From assembly GCA_963675525.2 (NCBI GenBank), contig CAXXSL010000020.1, positions 1 to 64,000 on the forward strand: a stretch of DNA of 64,000 nt, read 5' to 3'. The position numbers were made by a program, and so were the translations under genes. Below the pieces are notes generated by a model. The model saw only the letters and a program-made list of their open reading frames with translations, was not told the origin of the DNA and made no database searches. Of this stretch, positions 46,911 through 56,657 are shown in pieces. This DNA comes from Anaerohalosphaeraceae bacterium (lineage in GTDB: Bacteria; Planctomycetota; Phycisphaerae; Sedimentisphaerales; Anaerohalosphaeraceae). How positions within the stretch are numbered: position 1 is the first letter of the stretch; the number at the start of each line of letters is the position of its first letter.

Positions 46911-48629
46911 TTATTTTAGAAATTTGGGGTCAACATAAACCCCCATGGCTTTGGCTTTTCGGGCGTATATTTTTGCAAATTCATATTCACCTAATTGATA
47001 ATATGAGATCGCTATACCATTATAGGCTTCAGCGCGGTTGGAGTCCAGTTGAATGGCCCTTAAATATTCCGTGATTGCATCCATGTGCTGCTGGTTGCCA
47101 GCCAGGGCGACAGCCAGATTGTAGTACAATGCCGCATTTTGCGAATCCAGACCGATCGCTCTCTGGTAAACAGAAATCGCCTCGTTGTACATGTTTTTAT
47201 TGAGATAAGCATTGCCCAGATTCTGCATTGCAGCGGTCATATTGGGGGAAAGGTTTATCGCGTTTTCATAAGCCTGAATTTCCTGGTCGGTTTGTCCCAT
47301 CCGGTTATAGGCTCTCGCCATTCCGAAATAGGTCTGAGCATTGGCCATCCGAAGGTCAATGACGGACTGAAATTCGATTATCGCCTGTTCTATCTGATCG
47401 GTATCCAGATATAGCAGACCCCGTGATGTTCTGGCCGAAGCGTTTGACGGATCCAAAGCAATCACCTTGTTAAACTGCGAAAAGGCTTTATCGGTCTGCT
47501 GAAGTTTCTGATAGATCTGACCCAGGAACAGGATGCTTTCGATATTGTCCGGATATATTTTGAGAGCCGTTTGAAGATAGGATATTGCCTTCTGGTCTTC
47601 ATTCTGCAGGTATAAAGACTGTGCAAGATTCCGGTAAACATCCACATTGTCGGGCGAAAGGTTCAAGGATGTTTTGTAATAGGACTCAGCTTTGCGATAT
47701 TCACCGATCTGCATGTAGGCGGTGCCAAGATTGTTAAAGGCCTTTTCATCCTGCCCCAGTATGGCCAATGCCTGCTCGTATTTACTGATGGCTTCACGGG
47801 GCATATTTTTTTGCAGATAAATATTGCCCAAATTCATATGAGCCTCTGAGAGCAGGGGGTTGATCTCGACCGCATCTAACAGGATATTAAACGCTTTGTC
47901 GGTATCGCCGATATCAAGATAACAGTTGCCCAGGTTGTTGAAAAAACATCCGAGAGTTTGTTTCTTGGTAAGATTTTTCATGTACAACGCTTTAAGACGT
48001 TTGGGCGGCTTAAAGCGTTCAATGTAATGTTCGTCCGGCGCAATGGCGCCATTGGAGGTTGTCTCAATGTTATAGCGGTGTTTGCCGTCATCGTATCGAA
48101 CAAAAAAATGTCCCGGTACCACAACACCGTACATGGGAAGACCGACTCGCTCGGCAATTGCCAGGTATAGGACAGACAAACTCAGACAGTATCCCTGTTT
48201 TTTTTCAACCACAACGTGCAGGAACAGATCGTCGGGATCGTCGGCGTTATCTACCGTAGAAAAACCCAGCTCATCAAACAAATAGGCATTGATCACACCG
48301 ATCGCACGATAATCTGCCGGGACATGTTCCTTTTTCAATCGCTTGAGTATTTCCTCTGCCATGTCGTCGATCTTTCGCCGATAGACATGCGAGGTTTTAT
48401 TGGTTCCCCAGTCACGGGAAAGAATCAGGGCCGCAGTTCCCAGATCGATCTCGTTCTCCCGTAAACGAAGAACACCTTCGATCGTAAAGGCACGAAGCCC
48501 TTGTTTATTTTGATTGGCTAATATTTCCGAATAGGCGTTTGTGACCAAAATCGTCAGGGTCATCAGAGCCGCATATAAAAAAACAAAATTAAGGCCCACT
48601 TGCTTAGTGGCCGAATAATTTTTCAACAT
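46911..48629 (-). CDS. SirB1/transglutaminase-like domain plus TPR repeats
   Basis: GYCLSLSVLYLAIAER, PGHFFVRY, NIETT; many TPRs; ATG 48629 chosen. Confidence 0.88.
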   Translation of the reverse strand: MLKNYSATKQVGLNFVFLYAALMTLTILVTNAYSEILANQNKQGLRAFTIEGVLRLRENEIDLGTAALILSRDWGTNKTSHVYRRKIDDMAEEILKRLKKEHVPADYRAIGVINAYLFDELGFSTVDNADDPDDLFLHVVVEKKQGYCLSLSVLYLAIAERVGLPMYGVVVPGHFFVRYDDGKHRYNIETTSNGAIAPDEHYIERFKPPKRLKALYMKNLTKKQTLGCFFNNLGNCYLDIGDTDKAFNILLDAVEINPLLSEAHMNLGNIYLQKNMPREAISKYEQALAILGQDEKAFNNLGTAYMQIGEYRKAESYYKTSLNLSPDNVDVYRNLAQSLYLQNEDQKAISYLQTALKIYPDNIESILFLGQIYQKLQQTDKAFSQFNKVIALDPSNASARTSRGLLYLDTDQIEQAIIEFQSVIDLRMANAQTYFGMARAYNRMGQTDQEIQAYENAINLSPNMTAAMQNLGNAYLNKNMYNEAISVYQRAIGLDSQNAALYYNLAVALAGNQQHMDAITEYLRAIQLDSNRAEAYNGIAISYYQLGEYEFAKIYARKAKAMGVYVDPKFLK

Positions 48630-48909
48630 CTTCTCTGGAAACTCCCTGAAGGCATATTTTTTTGATACAGCTTGTCTTTCCGCTTGTGATTTGCAATGCA
48701 TTTTTTTGTATCCCAAGTTGCTTTGCGATAAACGCCAGTAATGCCTTATTGGCTTTTCCCTTTTCGGGCGGGGCGGCGATCTTGATCTTCAACATGCCGT
48801 CGTGGGTTCCGGCTATTTCCGTGCGGCTGCTGCCGGGGACGACCTTGACGGTCAACTGGATATTCTGCTGGCTGTTCTGGCTTATCAAATCCGCGTCTGC
48901 CTTACACAT
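48604..48909 (-). CDS. DUF167/YggU family protein
   Basis: VKVVPGSSR..APPEKGKAN..ITSGKTS..K. Confidence 0.92.
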   Translation of the reverse strand: MCKADADLISQNSQQNIQLTVKVVPGSSRTEIAGTHDGMLKIKIAAPPEKGKANKALLAFIAKQLGIQKNALQITSGKTSCIKKICLQGVSREDVEKLFGH

Positions 48910-49210
48910 TCTCCTGAATGTTCTGTCCCACAGCGTGTTGAATATAGCGTTCTATCTGGCCGGCTAGTTCACTGATCGATTCAATTTGAAAATCCTCATA
49001 ATGCCCTTGAACAAATTCGCCATTAAGCGCTTTTTTGAAGACTTTCACCCGTATTACGGGAACACTCCTGCCGTTTTGTCCGAATCGCGGGTTTTGATGT
49101 TCACGTAATTCAACACGCCAGTTTTCACTGATAAAGACAAGACAATTGCCGGTGTTCACTGCTATGGGAAAATAGTCCAGCAATAATTTTAAAACGTTTG
49201 CCTGACCCAT
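48902..49210 (-). CDS. Hypothetical protein
   Basis: AAGGA SD; overlaps the start of the next gene. Confidence 0.7.
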   Translation of the reverse strand: MGQANVLKLLLDYFPIAVNTGNCLVFISENWRVELREHQNPRFGQNGRSVPVIRVKVFKKALNGEFVQGHYEDFQIESISELAGQIERYIQHAVGQNIQENV

Positions 49211-49279
49211 TGAATCCTTTCTTATTTTTCGAGTTTAGACATTACTGCATATTAGCAATATTATAACCATTTCGGTCGA

Positions 49280-50215
49280 TCAACGCAAGCTGCCGATCAA
49301 CTCTTTAATATCGCGGATTCCCTTTTGTTCACAGAACAACAAAATGCCATCGGCAATTTTTTCAGTAATATTCGGGTGGACAAATGTTGAGGTTCCTACT
49401 GCAACGGCGCTGGCGCCGGCGATCAGGAACTCAAGGGCATCGGATAGGGTTTGTATTCCGCCCATTCCGAGGATGGGAATTCCGGCGTCCCGGGCCACTT
49501 CGTTGTAAACCTTATTGACCAGGTAAACGGCGATAGGTTTGATTGCCGGACCGCTGAGCCCACCTGTCCTGTTCGCCAAAACAGGCTTTCGGGTCTCAAT
49601 ATCGATCACCATGGCGGTAAAGGTGTTGATCAGGCTCAAGGCGTCAGCTCCGGCCTGTACCGCCGCACGGGCGGTCACACTGATATCCGTTACGGTTGGG
49701 GTCAGCTTCACCATCAAGGGTTTACTCTGACAGACATCTTTAACCGCCGCGGTGATCTCGCTAATCAAAACCGGATCGGTTCCAAAGGTAATTCCGCCTT
49801 TTTTGACATTCGGACAGCTAATATTCAGTTCAAACCCATCAATGGCTTTTTCCTGAGCGAGTCGTTTGGCCACAGCGACATACTCATCGATGGTTTGGCC
49901 TGCCAGATTGACAAAAATTTTAGTGTCCAGTTGCTCTAAGATGGGTATTTTTTCTACCAGAAAGCATTCCAGCCCCATATTGGCCAGGCCAATGGCGTTT
50001 AACATGCCCGCATTGGTCTCAACGATTCGCGGCGTGGGATTTCCGGTTCGCGGTTCAAGGGAAATGCTTTTTGTCGTCAGTGCCCCAATTTTGGATAAAT
50101 CCATAAACTCTGACAGTTCATCGGCATAGCCGCAGGTCCCTGAAGCCGTAACGACCGGGCTGGTAAGTGTCAAACCTGCGAAATCAACTTGTAATAGAGG
50201 CTTTTGGGGCATCAT
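49280..50215 (-). CDS. pyrD: Dihydroorotate dehydrogenase family 1B catalytic subunit
   Basis: TASGT, MLNAIGLAN, ELNISCPNV, VKLTP, GGLSGPAIKP. Confidence 0.96.
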   Translation of the reverse strand: MMPQKPLLQVDFAGLTLTSPVVTASGTCGYADELSEFMDLSKIGALTTKSISLEPRTGNPTPRIVETNAGMLNAIGLANMGLECFLVEKIPILEQLDTKIFVNLAGQTIDEYVAVAKRLAQEKAIDGFELNISCPNVKKGGITFGTDPVLISEITAAVKDVCQSKPLMVKLTPTVTDISVTARAAVQAGADALSLINTFTAMVIDIETRKPVLANRTGGLSGPAIKPIAVYLVNKVYNEVARDAGIPILGMGGIQTLSDALEFLIAGASAVAVGTSTFVHPNITEKIADGILLFCEQKGIRDIKELIGSLR

Positions 50216-51159
50216 TAAGTCCGGAAAACAACCTTTTCGGCATCAAATACAGGGCCGTTTTTACAACACAACTGGTATTCAGTATGATCGGCGGCGATTT
50301 TTGTTTCAACGGCACAGCTTTGACAGAGGCCTATACCGCAGGCCATCATCCGTTCCATGCTGACCTGGCAGGGGAGTGAAAAATCCTTTGCCAGTCTTGC
50401 GGTGGCGGCCAGCATTGCTTCCGGGCCGCATGCGAAGACGGCGCTGACCGATGGATCGATCGATTCTTTTTCCAGCCAGTGTTTCATACAATCGCTTACG
50501 TAGCCGTCAAATCCGGCCGAACCGTCGTCAGTTGCAATATAATAAGGCACCTCCGTCAATTCAAATTCCTCTAAATACAAGCCCTTTAAATTATCTATTT
50601 TTACGCTAAAGGGAAGATTTTCACAATCTTTTGCCCCGATAAAGCTGACAATATTCATCTCAGGATAATGGTGTTTTAAATGGCTGGCCAAATGAAGGAT
50701 TGGCGGAGATCCCATCCCGCCTGCAACCAATAAGGCGTTTTGAAGATCTTGAGGAATTGAAAAGCCGCTGCCTAACGGTCCCAACACATTGATGGTATCG
50801 CCTCTTTTCAAGCTCATCATACGGATCGTTGCAGGGCCCAGAACACAATACATAATCTCGACTTTCACTGAAGGACCGTCTGAGGAAGGCATCACCGCAA
50901 CATTAGAAAAACTGAAAGGTCGGCGGAGTATAATTTGTCTGTTTGCTGAGTCTTTCAATTTTTCAGGGATTAAATTTTGATTTGGCAGCGAAACACCGCT
51001 TAAATCAAACTGCAGAAATTGTCCGGGGATCACGGTTTCAAAAAAGCGGCTTCCTCGTGGGTCAAGAAGAAGATTAAGACGGTAGTAACAGTGTCGTATC
51101 TGTTGATTGCTAAGTACCTCTGCCTGAAAAACACCTTTTTGGACAACCCTGTCTTTCAT
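50215..51159 (-). CDS. pyrK: Dihydroorotate dehydrogenase electron-transfer subunit
   Basis: PGQF, LRRPFS, GPLG, GGMG, TDDGS, CGPE, MACGIGLCQSC..C..GPVF. Confidence 0.93.
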   Translation of the reverse strand: MKDRVVQKGVFQAEVLSNQQIRHCYYRLNLLLDPRGSRFFETVIPGQFLQFDLSGVSLPNQNLIPEKLKDSANRQIILRRPFSFSNVAVMPSSDGPSVKVEIMYCVLGPATIRMMSLKRGDTINVLGPLGSGFSIPQDLQNALLVAGGMGSPPILHLASHLKHHYPEMNIVSFIGAKDCENLPFSVKIDNLKGLYLEEFELTEVPYYIATDDGSAGFDGYVSDCMKHWLEKESIDPSVSAVFACGPEAMLAATARLAKDFSLPCQVSMERMMACGIGLCQSCAVETKIAADHTEYQLCCKNGPVFDAEKVVFRT

Positions 51160-51188
51160 GTATAACTTCTTTTTAAAAAAAGTGTTAT

Positions 51189-51233
51189 AAAAATAAAGCT
51201 TCCGGAACATTCATCCACAGATATCCCGGAAGC
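51189..51233 (-). terminator. Intrinsic terminator in the pyrK leader (attenuator)
   Basis: GCTTCCGGGATAT-10 nt-ATGTTCCGGAAGC followed by TTTATTTTT. Confidence 0.8.
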
Positions 51234-51276
51234 CCGCCACGGCAAAGAAAGCCGTTAGATTCAAAAATGACCTCAT
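51211..51276 (-). CDS. Putative 21-aa leader peptide MRSFLNLTAFFAVAGFRDICG
   Basis: ATG 51276 to TGA 51211; stop codon lies in the terminator loop. Confidence 0.5.
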   Translation of the reverse strand: MRSFLNLTAFFAVAGFRDICG

Positions 51277-51290
51277 TCACTTCATGCAAA

Positions 51291-51319
51291 AGTATATCAG
51301 CCAATTTAGCCAGTGTCAA
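51291..51319 (-). promoter_or_regulatory. Sigma70 promoter TTGACA-N17-TATACT for pyrK-pyrD
   Basis: Near-perfect consensus. Confidence 0.8.
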
Positions 51320-51605
51320 CTGACCAAAAAAAAGAATATTAGTGGTCATTTAAGGTCATTTATTCAACATACTGTTAACTTCTTATCATTTAATAGTTTA
51401 ACCCTTTTCTCTATGAGTTAAAAAATTATACAGAACTAAAGCATATTAGTTTATTACTAAGCAGATGCAAACATTATAGATATATTTAGAACACTTTATT
51501 TGAAATTCATTTTGACTTTTGACATAAACCTAATATGATAGAAGTGTTGTAAGGGCGTTTCAACAGTGCATCAGGCAGATGATATTGTGGATGGTGCTTT
51601 TGAAA

Positions 51606-52046
51606 ATGCGACACGACTCCGTTATTTTAGTTGCTGAGGATGATGACGGGCATTTTTCGCTTATCAAGAGAAACTTGCTCCGTGCGGGGATTAATAACAA
51701 GGTCGTACGTTTGTTGGACGGACAGGAAACGCTTGACTTTCTCAATCAGCTCAAAAATCCCAATAACACTTATTCTCGGTCTCCCTGTCTATTATTGCTT
51801 GATATTCGCATGCCCAAAGTGGATGGCTATGAAGTACTGAAGTTCATAAAAAACGACCCTCTGCTAAAAAAAATTCCGGTTATTGTTTTGACGACTGCGG
51901 GCGACCAGCACGTGTTCAGTAAATGTCAGGACTACGGATGCAATATGTTTATTGCAAAACCGGTTGAATATGATGAATTTGTTGAGTCAATCACTCGAAT
52001 CAGCCATTTTATTTCAATTATCGAAGTTCCATCCGTGATTTCATAA
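51606..52046 (+). CDS. Single-domain response regulator (Rcp1-like)
   Basis: AEDDDGH, LLDIRMP, IPVIVLTT, KP. Confidence 0.92.
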   Translation: MRHDSVILVAEDDDGHFSLIKRNLLRAGINNKVVRLLDGQETLDFLNQLKNPNNTYSRSPCLLLLDIRMPKVDGYEVLKFIKNDPLLKKIPVIVLTTAGDQHVFSKCQDYGCNMFIAKPVEYDEFVESITRISHFISIIEVPSVIS

Positions 52047-52048
52047 TT

Positions 52049-52528
52049 GTGGCGGATAAACCTATGACCCGAAACCTCAACATTCTGCTTGCCGAGGACG
52101 ATAAAGGACATGCATCGCTTATCCAAAAAAATCTTTGGCGCACGTGCATTGAAGCACAAATCGTTCCTTTTTCAGATGGCCAAAAATTATTAGACTATCT
52201 TTCCGGCAACGGCCATGCATCAAAACAGCTTACGCCCGGGGAATACATTATTCTTTTGGATATCAAGATGCCCAGAATGGACGGGATAGAGACGCTCAAT
52301 GCTATAAAATCGGATCCACGGCTCTGTAAAATACCGGTTATTATGCTCACAACCACGGATAGTCGTCATGAAATTGATCATTGTTATTCGAAGGGCTGTA
52401 CATTTTACATTGCCAAACCATCTGATTATAACAAATTCATGGAAACCATCGAATATTTCGGCTCCTTCCTGTCACTTTCCACTTTGGTACTCCCTGATGT
52501 TAAACTCCCCTCGTTAACAATGGATTAA
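52049..52528 (+). CDS. Single-domain response regulator (Rcp1-like)
   Basis: AEDDKGH, LLDIKMP, IPVIMLTT, KP. Confidence 0.92.
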   Translation: MADKPMTRNLNILLAEDDKGHASLIQKNLWRTCIEAQIVPFSDGQKLLDYLSGNGHASKQLTPGEYIILLDIKMPRMDGIETLNAIKSDPRLCKIPVIMLTTTDSRHEIDHCYSKGCTFYIAKPSDYNKFMETIEYFGSFLSLSTLVLPDVKLPSLTMD

Positions 52529-52541
52529 TCAACCCGATTGA

Positions 52542-55500
52542 TTACTGTGTAATTTCTGCGATTTCCTGTTCCGTCAGTGCCGTGTTATAGATTCGGACCT
52601 CATCGATCAGGCCCTGGAAGTAACGGGGACCGCCGGCGGCTAAATACGCGCCGATCTTAACATCTTCAGCCGAACCGCTATTGATCGGCTCGTCCGCAAA
52701 GGAACTGATCGTTTCAAGCTGACCGTCAACATACAATTGAGCTTCCGCAATATCCGGGCTGCCGTCATCGGCGACCACAACGGCAACATGGTGCCATGTG
52801 TCGTTATTGATGACGGTGGTGCCGATAATATTGCCGCCCTGGACTTCCGCGCGAAGCTGACCGCCTTCATTAACACGAATGACCCAGCGGCCGCCATTGT
52901 ATTCTTCGCCCCACGTCAGGATCTCACCGGAGACCGAAGCGGTTTTGATCCAAGCCATACAGGTACGGCTGCCACCGCCGGGAATGCCTTGATAGCCGGA
53001 CACTTCGACATGGTCGTTCGTGCCGTCAAACAGCAGGGCATTGCCGGAATGGCCCAAATCCCATGTCGGAGCATTGACAAGCGTGCCTGGCCGCCAATAG
53101 ATCGAATTATCGTATGCCGTATCGCCGCTTGTTTCGTCGAATTTCAAATGAAGCTGCAGGGCTTCATCACCCAGCCAATTATGGGCCAATACTGAGAAAT
53201 CTGAGATGGAGACATCATCATCGCCATCCAGATCCGCGCCGTTACAGGCCGGGACATCCACACAATCCAGCGACAGCCATTGAGCCGCAAAACCGAGCAA
53301 GTCGATCAAGCCTTCTGTGCCGGAATAGGTATTATCCACCTGGATGGTCATCGTAGCCGTATCGTACAAGCTGTCATCGTCTGTGACGCGAACCGTAAAT
53401 GTATTTTCGCCGGTATCTGAATCAGACGGAACACCTGAAAGAGTCCCATCGCCTGCCACAACCAGCCAGGTTGGACCGCTGTCTTTGCTGAAGGTTAGCG
53501 GGTCGCCAGCGGGATCACTGGCGAAGTCAGCCAGAGATTGTCCGCTATACGATGCCAGTTCGACAGCCTCAAGATTATTGATCGGATCGGTGGTAAAGGC
53601 CGGGGGTATCGAACTGCCAAAAATCTGGCATTCCCAGAACGCTGCCCAGCCGTAACTGGTGCCTGTAACCGTCACTCGAACATAACGAGCCGAGGCATCA
53701 AACGTGTCCGTACTGGTTCCGGTCGCCGTTCGGCTGGTCTGATCGACAATCGTCGTGTAGTTGACATCGTTATCGCTGACTTCGATCCGATATTTGTACG
53801 AACGGGTTGTGTCGCCAAACCAATAGATGACTGCTTTGTCGAGATTCTGGACGGATCCTAAATCAACTCTCCACCATTGCGGATAGCTGTCATTCGCAGC
53901 CGTCCAGCGGGTTGAGAAGTCCCCGTCATTTCCGTTGGCTGCGGGATTTCCGGATTCGGATGAACTGGCAGTGACAGGCTGACCTTCTGATAGCAGCTCC
54001 ATCAAGCATGTGGTGGACCCTTCATTGGAATTACCGGACTCATTGTCATTGGTATCCATAGCCGTTACCACATAATAGTAGGGCACGCCCACGGTGACCG
54101 TATTGTCCGTATAGGCGCTCAGCAGCAAATCCGTCGCAAGGGTCGTGTAGGGACCGCCGGAGTCAATTGCTCGTTTAACCGTATAACTTGACAGATCCGA
54201 TTCGGTATTACCTGCCCAATCCAGACTGATACAGCCGTCACCGGCTGTTGCGATCAGCCCCGTCGGAGTCGCCGGCGGAGTCGCATCGGAGCCCGGTCCA
54301 AAGATTTTGCATTCCCTTAACCCGGCCCAACCGGAAGGACTGACACCCGTAACGGTAACCCGGACATAGCGAGCGGATGCGGAGAAGTAATCCGTACTGA
54401 TCCCGGTCTCCGTTCGGCTCGTCTGATCGACAATCGTCGTGTAACTGGACCCGTTATCGCTGATCTCGATCCGGTATTTGTACGAACGGTCCGTGTCGCC
54501 ATACCATACGACAACTGCTTTCTTGATCGGTTGAACAGACCCTAAATCCACACGCCACCATTGCGGATAGCTGTCGTTCACAGCCGCCCAGCGAGTCGAT
54601 ATGTTCCCGTCATTACCGTTCTGTGGGATATTTCCTGATTGGTAACTGCTGGCAGTAACCGGTCGGCCTTGAGACAACGGGGTGGGTGCGTCAGGAAGTT
54701 TCGGGGAGATTGAAGGATCGCCATAAATGTTAAAGCGCATCCTGCAGGGTTCATAGCAATCGCCCTGTCTTACATTTGCCCAGGCCAGACCTGCACTTTC
54801 ATTATTAGCCACTAAGTATTGCATAAACCTGTAAGATAATGGACCGTTAGTGTTTCCAAAAGTATAGTCGGTTTTACTGGGTGTGTAGAAAGAATTGCGG
54901 GTGGCGCCAATCGTTACAATACCTCCGTTTTGAAGAATCCTATAGGCCAGATTGCTGCTGTTTTCAGGATGGGCATTCTCGCAGGAACCTTGATAAACGA
55001 TACTCGGGTAGTTGTCATTCAGACTCCCAACCTCGCCGATATCAATAAAATACGATGCTGATGTTTCATTGCCGTGTGTGCCCCAGCAAACGATTCCATA
55101 GGGTGTTGAAGCCCACACATCATCCATCTCAGTTGTCGGAGCCTCGCTATATGTATATTCCGGATCAACTCCAAAATTTTCCTCGTAGATCCGATCCGAA
55201 TGGATGTCCAGGGGATCTAAAACAATGTTCTTTATTTGCTCTCCACACCGATACAAAGGAGTCGTCTCATCAAGTCGGGCCATGGGCAGAAAGGCATTTT
55301 TTCGCCATAAGGTGTCGGTTGAGTTTTCGTAATTGATCGCTTTCTGCAGCAAATTATCCAGTATGGAAATAGTACCGTAGTAAGGCATTCTGCCAACTAC
55401 AACCTCCCAGTAATTGTCGCCGGTAAAGTCGGAATAGAAAAAGTCCGTTGGTGCATCCCCCCGGCCGTCATCATACCATCGCATCGGCACGGTTCCCGTA

Positions 55501-56567
55501 TTGGTGTCGGGCGTTCCGATCAAAAGAACGTATAAAATATCTAACGAGACATAATTACTTCCCAGCCAGGTACGGATATTGTTGTAAGCTGTCCAACCCG
55601 TCCCTCCGCCCCAGTCCGATTCGGTCCTGACCATTACATTGAAGCCAAGAGACTGTTTGTGAGTCACAAAATCACTGAGCTTTGTTGAATTGGTTACAAT
55701 ATCGTTGGTGGTAATAATAACATATCCGGTTGAACTTATCCCGGCGGCCGGATATTCATCGCTGCTTTCCGTAGAGAGTTCAACGACCGGCCCCTCAGAG
55801 GCAGATGATTCGGCAGCCAGTTCTTCATAAGCCGTAATTGCTTTGTCGTAGTTGGCCGCCAGCTTCTTAACCCTGCCTGACTGCTTCCTCCAGTTCTTCC
55901 AGTTCGTCCGGGAAAGGCCTTGAGATTTCTTTTTGCCGGCTGCGCTGCGGTCAAAGGTAACATCAATATCCGCAGATATGATTTCCTGCAAACAGCCCGT
56001 CACCGGATTGTATCGCACCAGCGGAACCGCAACCTCAGCCAGTTTCCACTGACGAAGTTCACCTTTCCGGGAAATCCTGGCGTCCTGCTGCGGCCAGTAC
56101 GTATCGGTGTTATAGATATCGACATCGTAGCCGTCCACGACGGTGCGTTCTGCCGGCATGACGAGGACGGGATTACCGTCTTCGTCCCAGGTGCCAATCA
56201 TCGGCGACGGTTCAATATCAAAGTCGCCCTCCACAGGGCTGTAAGTGATGTTATTGACCGTATAGGAAACCGTTGAAAGGTCCGCATTGGGAGGTAAAAG
56301 AACCGTAATGACCTTCCAAGGTATCTGCGGCTGACCCGGCTCATTGAGATATTGCGTATTGGCACATTGTATACCAGCATTACCTTTGGCTGTAACGCCA
56401 ATTGAAATATTCGGCGTGTCAATAAGGGCGGCCTTCTGCCCGCCTGTTTTCACATTGATCGTCGCGGCATCCGTAAAGGGGCAAAACACTATTAAAATGG
56501 ATAGCAAAACAACATTAAAATAACATTTCGATATACAAGAAGCCTTAATCCTTTGATTATCTACCAT
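52542..56567 (-). CDS. Secreted C25 (gingipain-like) cysteine protease with propeptide, two F5/8-C domains, FN3, cadherin-like, dockerin-like and LamG domains
   Basis: PGQPQIP propeptide; YVIIT, YVLLIG, VVVGRMP, THG (His), GSC (Cys), IYGDP; RW..PQWWRVDLG twice. Confidence 0.88.
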   Translation of the reverse strand: MVDNQRIKASCISKCYFNVVLLSILIVFCPFTDAATINVKTGGQKAALIDTPNISIGVTAKGNAGIQCANTQYLNEPGQPQIPWKVITVLLPPNADLSTVSYTVNNITYSPVEGDFDIEPSPMIGTWDEDGNPVLVMPAERTVVDGYDVDIYNTDTYWPQQDARISRKGELRQWKLAEVAVPLVRYNPVTGCLQEIISADIDVTFDRSAAGKKKSQGLSRTNWKNWRKQSGRVKKLAANYDKAITAYEELAAESSASEGPVVELSTESSDEYPAAGISSTGYVIITTNDIVTNSTKLSDFVTHKQSLGFNVMVRTESDWGGGTGWTAYNNIRTWLGSNYVSLDILYVLLIGTPDTNTGTVPMRWYDDGRGDAPTDFFYSDFTGDNYWEVVVGRMPYYGTISILDNLLQKAINYENSTDTLWRKNAFLPMARLDETTPLYRCGEQIKNIVLDPLDIHSDRIYEENFGVDPEYTYSEAPTTEMDDVWASTPYGIVCWGTHGNETSASYFIDIGEVGSLNDNYPSIVYQGSCENAHPENSSNLAYRILQNGGIVTIGATRNSFYTPSKTDYTFGNTNGPLSYRFMQYLVANNESAGLAWANVRQGDCYEPCRMRFNIYGDPSISPKLPDAPTPLSQGRPVTASSYQSGNIPQNGNDGNISTRWAAVNDSYPQWWRVDLGSVQPIKKAVVVWYGDTDRSYKYRIEISDNGSSYTTIVDQTSRTETGISTDYFSASARYVRVTVTGVSPSGWAGLRECKIFGPGSDATPPATPTGLIATAGDGCISLDWAGNTESDLSSYTVKRAIDSGGPYTTLATDLLLSAYTDNTVTVGVPYYYVVTAMDTNDNESGNSNEGSTTCLMELLSEGQPVTASSSESGNPAANGNDGDFSTRWTAANDSYPQWWRVDLGSVQNLDKAVIYWFGDTTRSYKYRIEVSDNDVNYTTIVDQTSRTATGTSTDTFDASARYVRVTVTGTSYGWAAFWECQIFGSSIPPAFTTDPINNLEAVELASYSGQSLADFASDPAGDPLTFSKDSGPTWLVVAGDGTLSGVPSDSDTGENTFTVRVTDDDSLYDTATMTIQVDNTYSGTEGLIDLLGFAAQWLSLDCVDVPACNGADLDGDDDVSISDFSVLAHNWLGDEALQLHLKFDETSGDTAYDNSIYWRPGTLVNAPTWDLGHSGNALLFDGTNDHVEVSGYQGIPGGGSRTCMAWIKTASVSGEILTWGEEYNGGRWVIRVNEGGQLRAEVQGGNIIGTTVINNDTWHHVAVVVADDGSPDIAEAQLYVDGQLETISSFADEPINSGSAEDVKIGAYLAAGGPRYFQGLIDEVRIYNTALTEQEIAEITQ
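52579..53290. repeat. ~712-bp near-identical repeat, copy 1
   Basis: Matches 56695-57406; about 13 mismatches counted by eye. Confidence 0.95.
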
Positions 56568-56657
56568 AGACGTACCCTGTCTCCATACTAATCTGGTCTT
56601 TCCTCATTTAGATTCTTAAGCATCATTTTTAAACGATAGAGCTATCCGGACAAACAT

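Noticed and set aside
51211..51276. Phe-sensing (pheL/pheM-type) attenuator or PyrR site
   Set aside because: Downstream genes are pyrimidine biosynthetic, the ORF runs into the terminator, and no PyrR consensus loop is visible; Phe sensing is not strictly excluded
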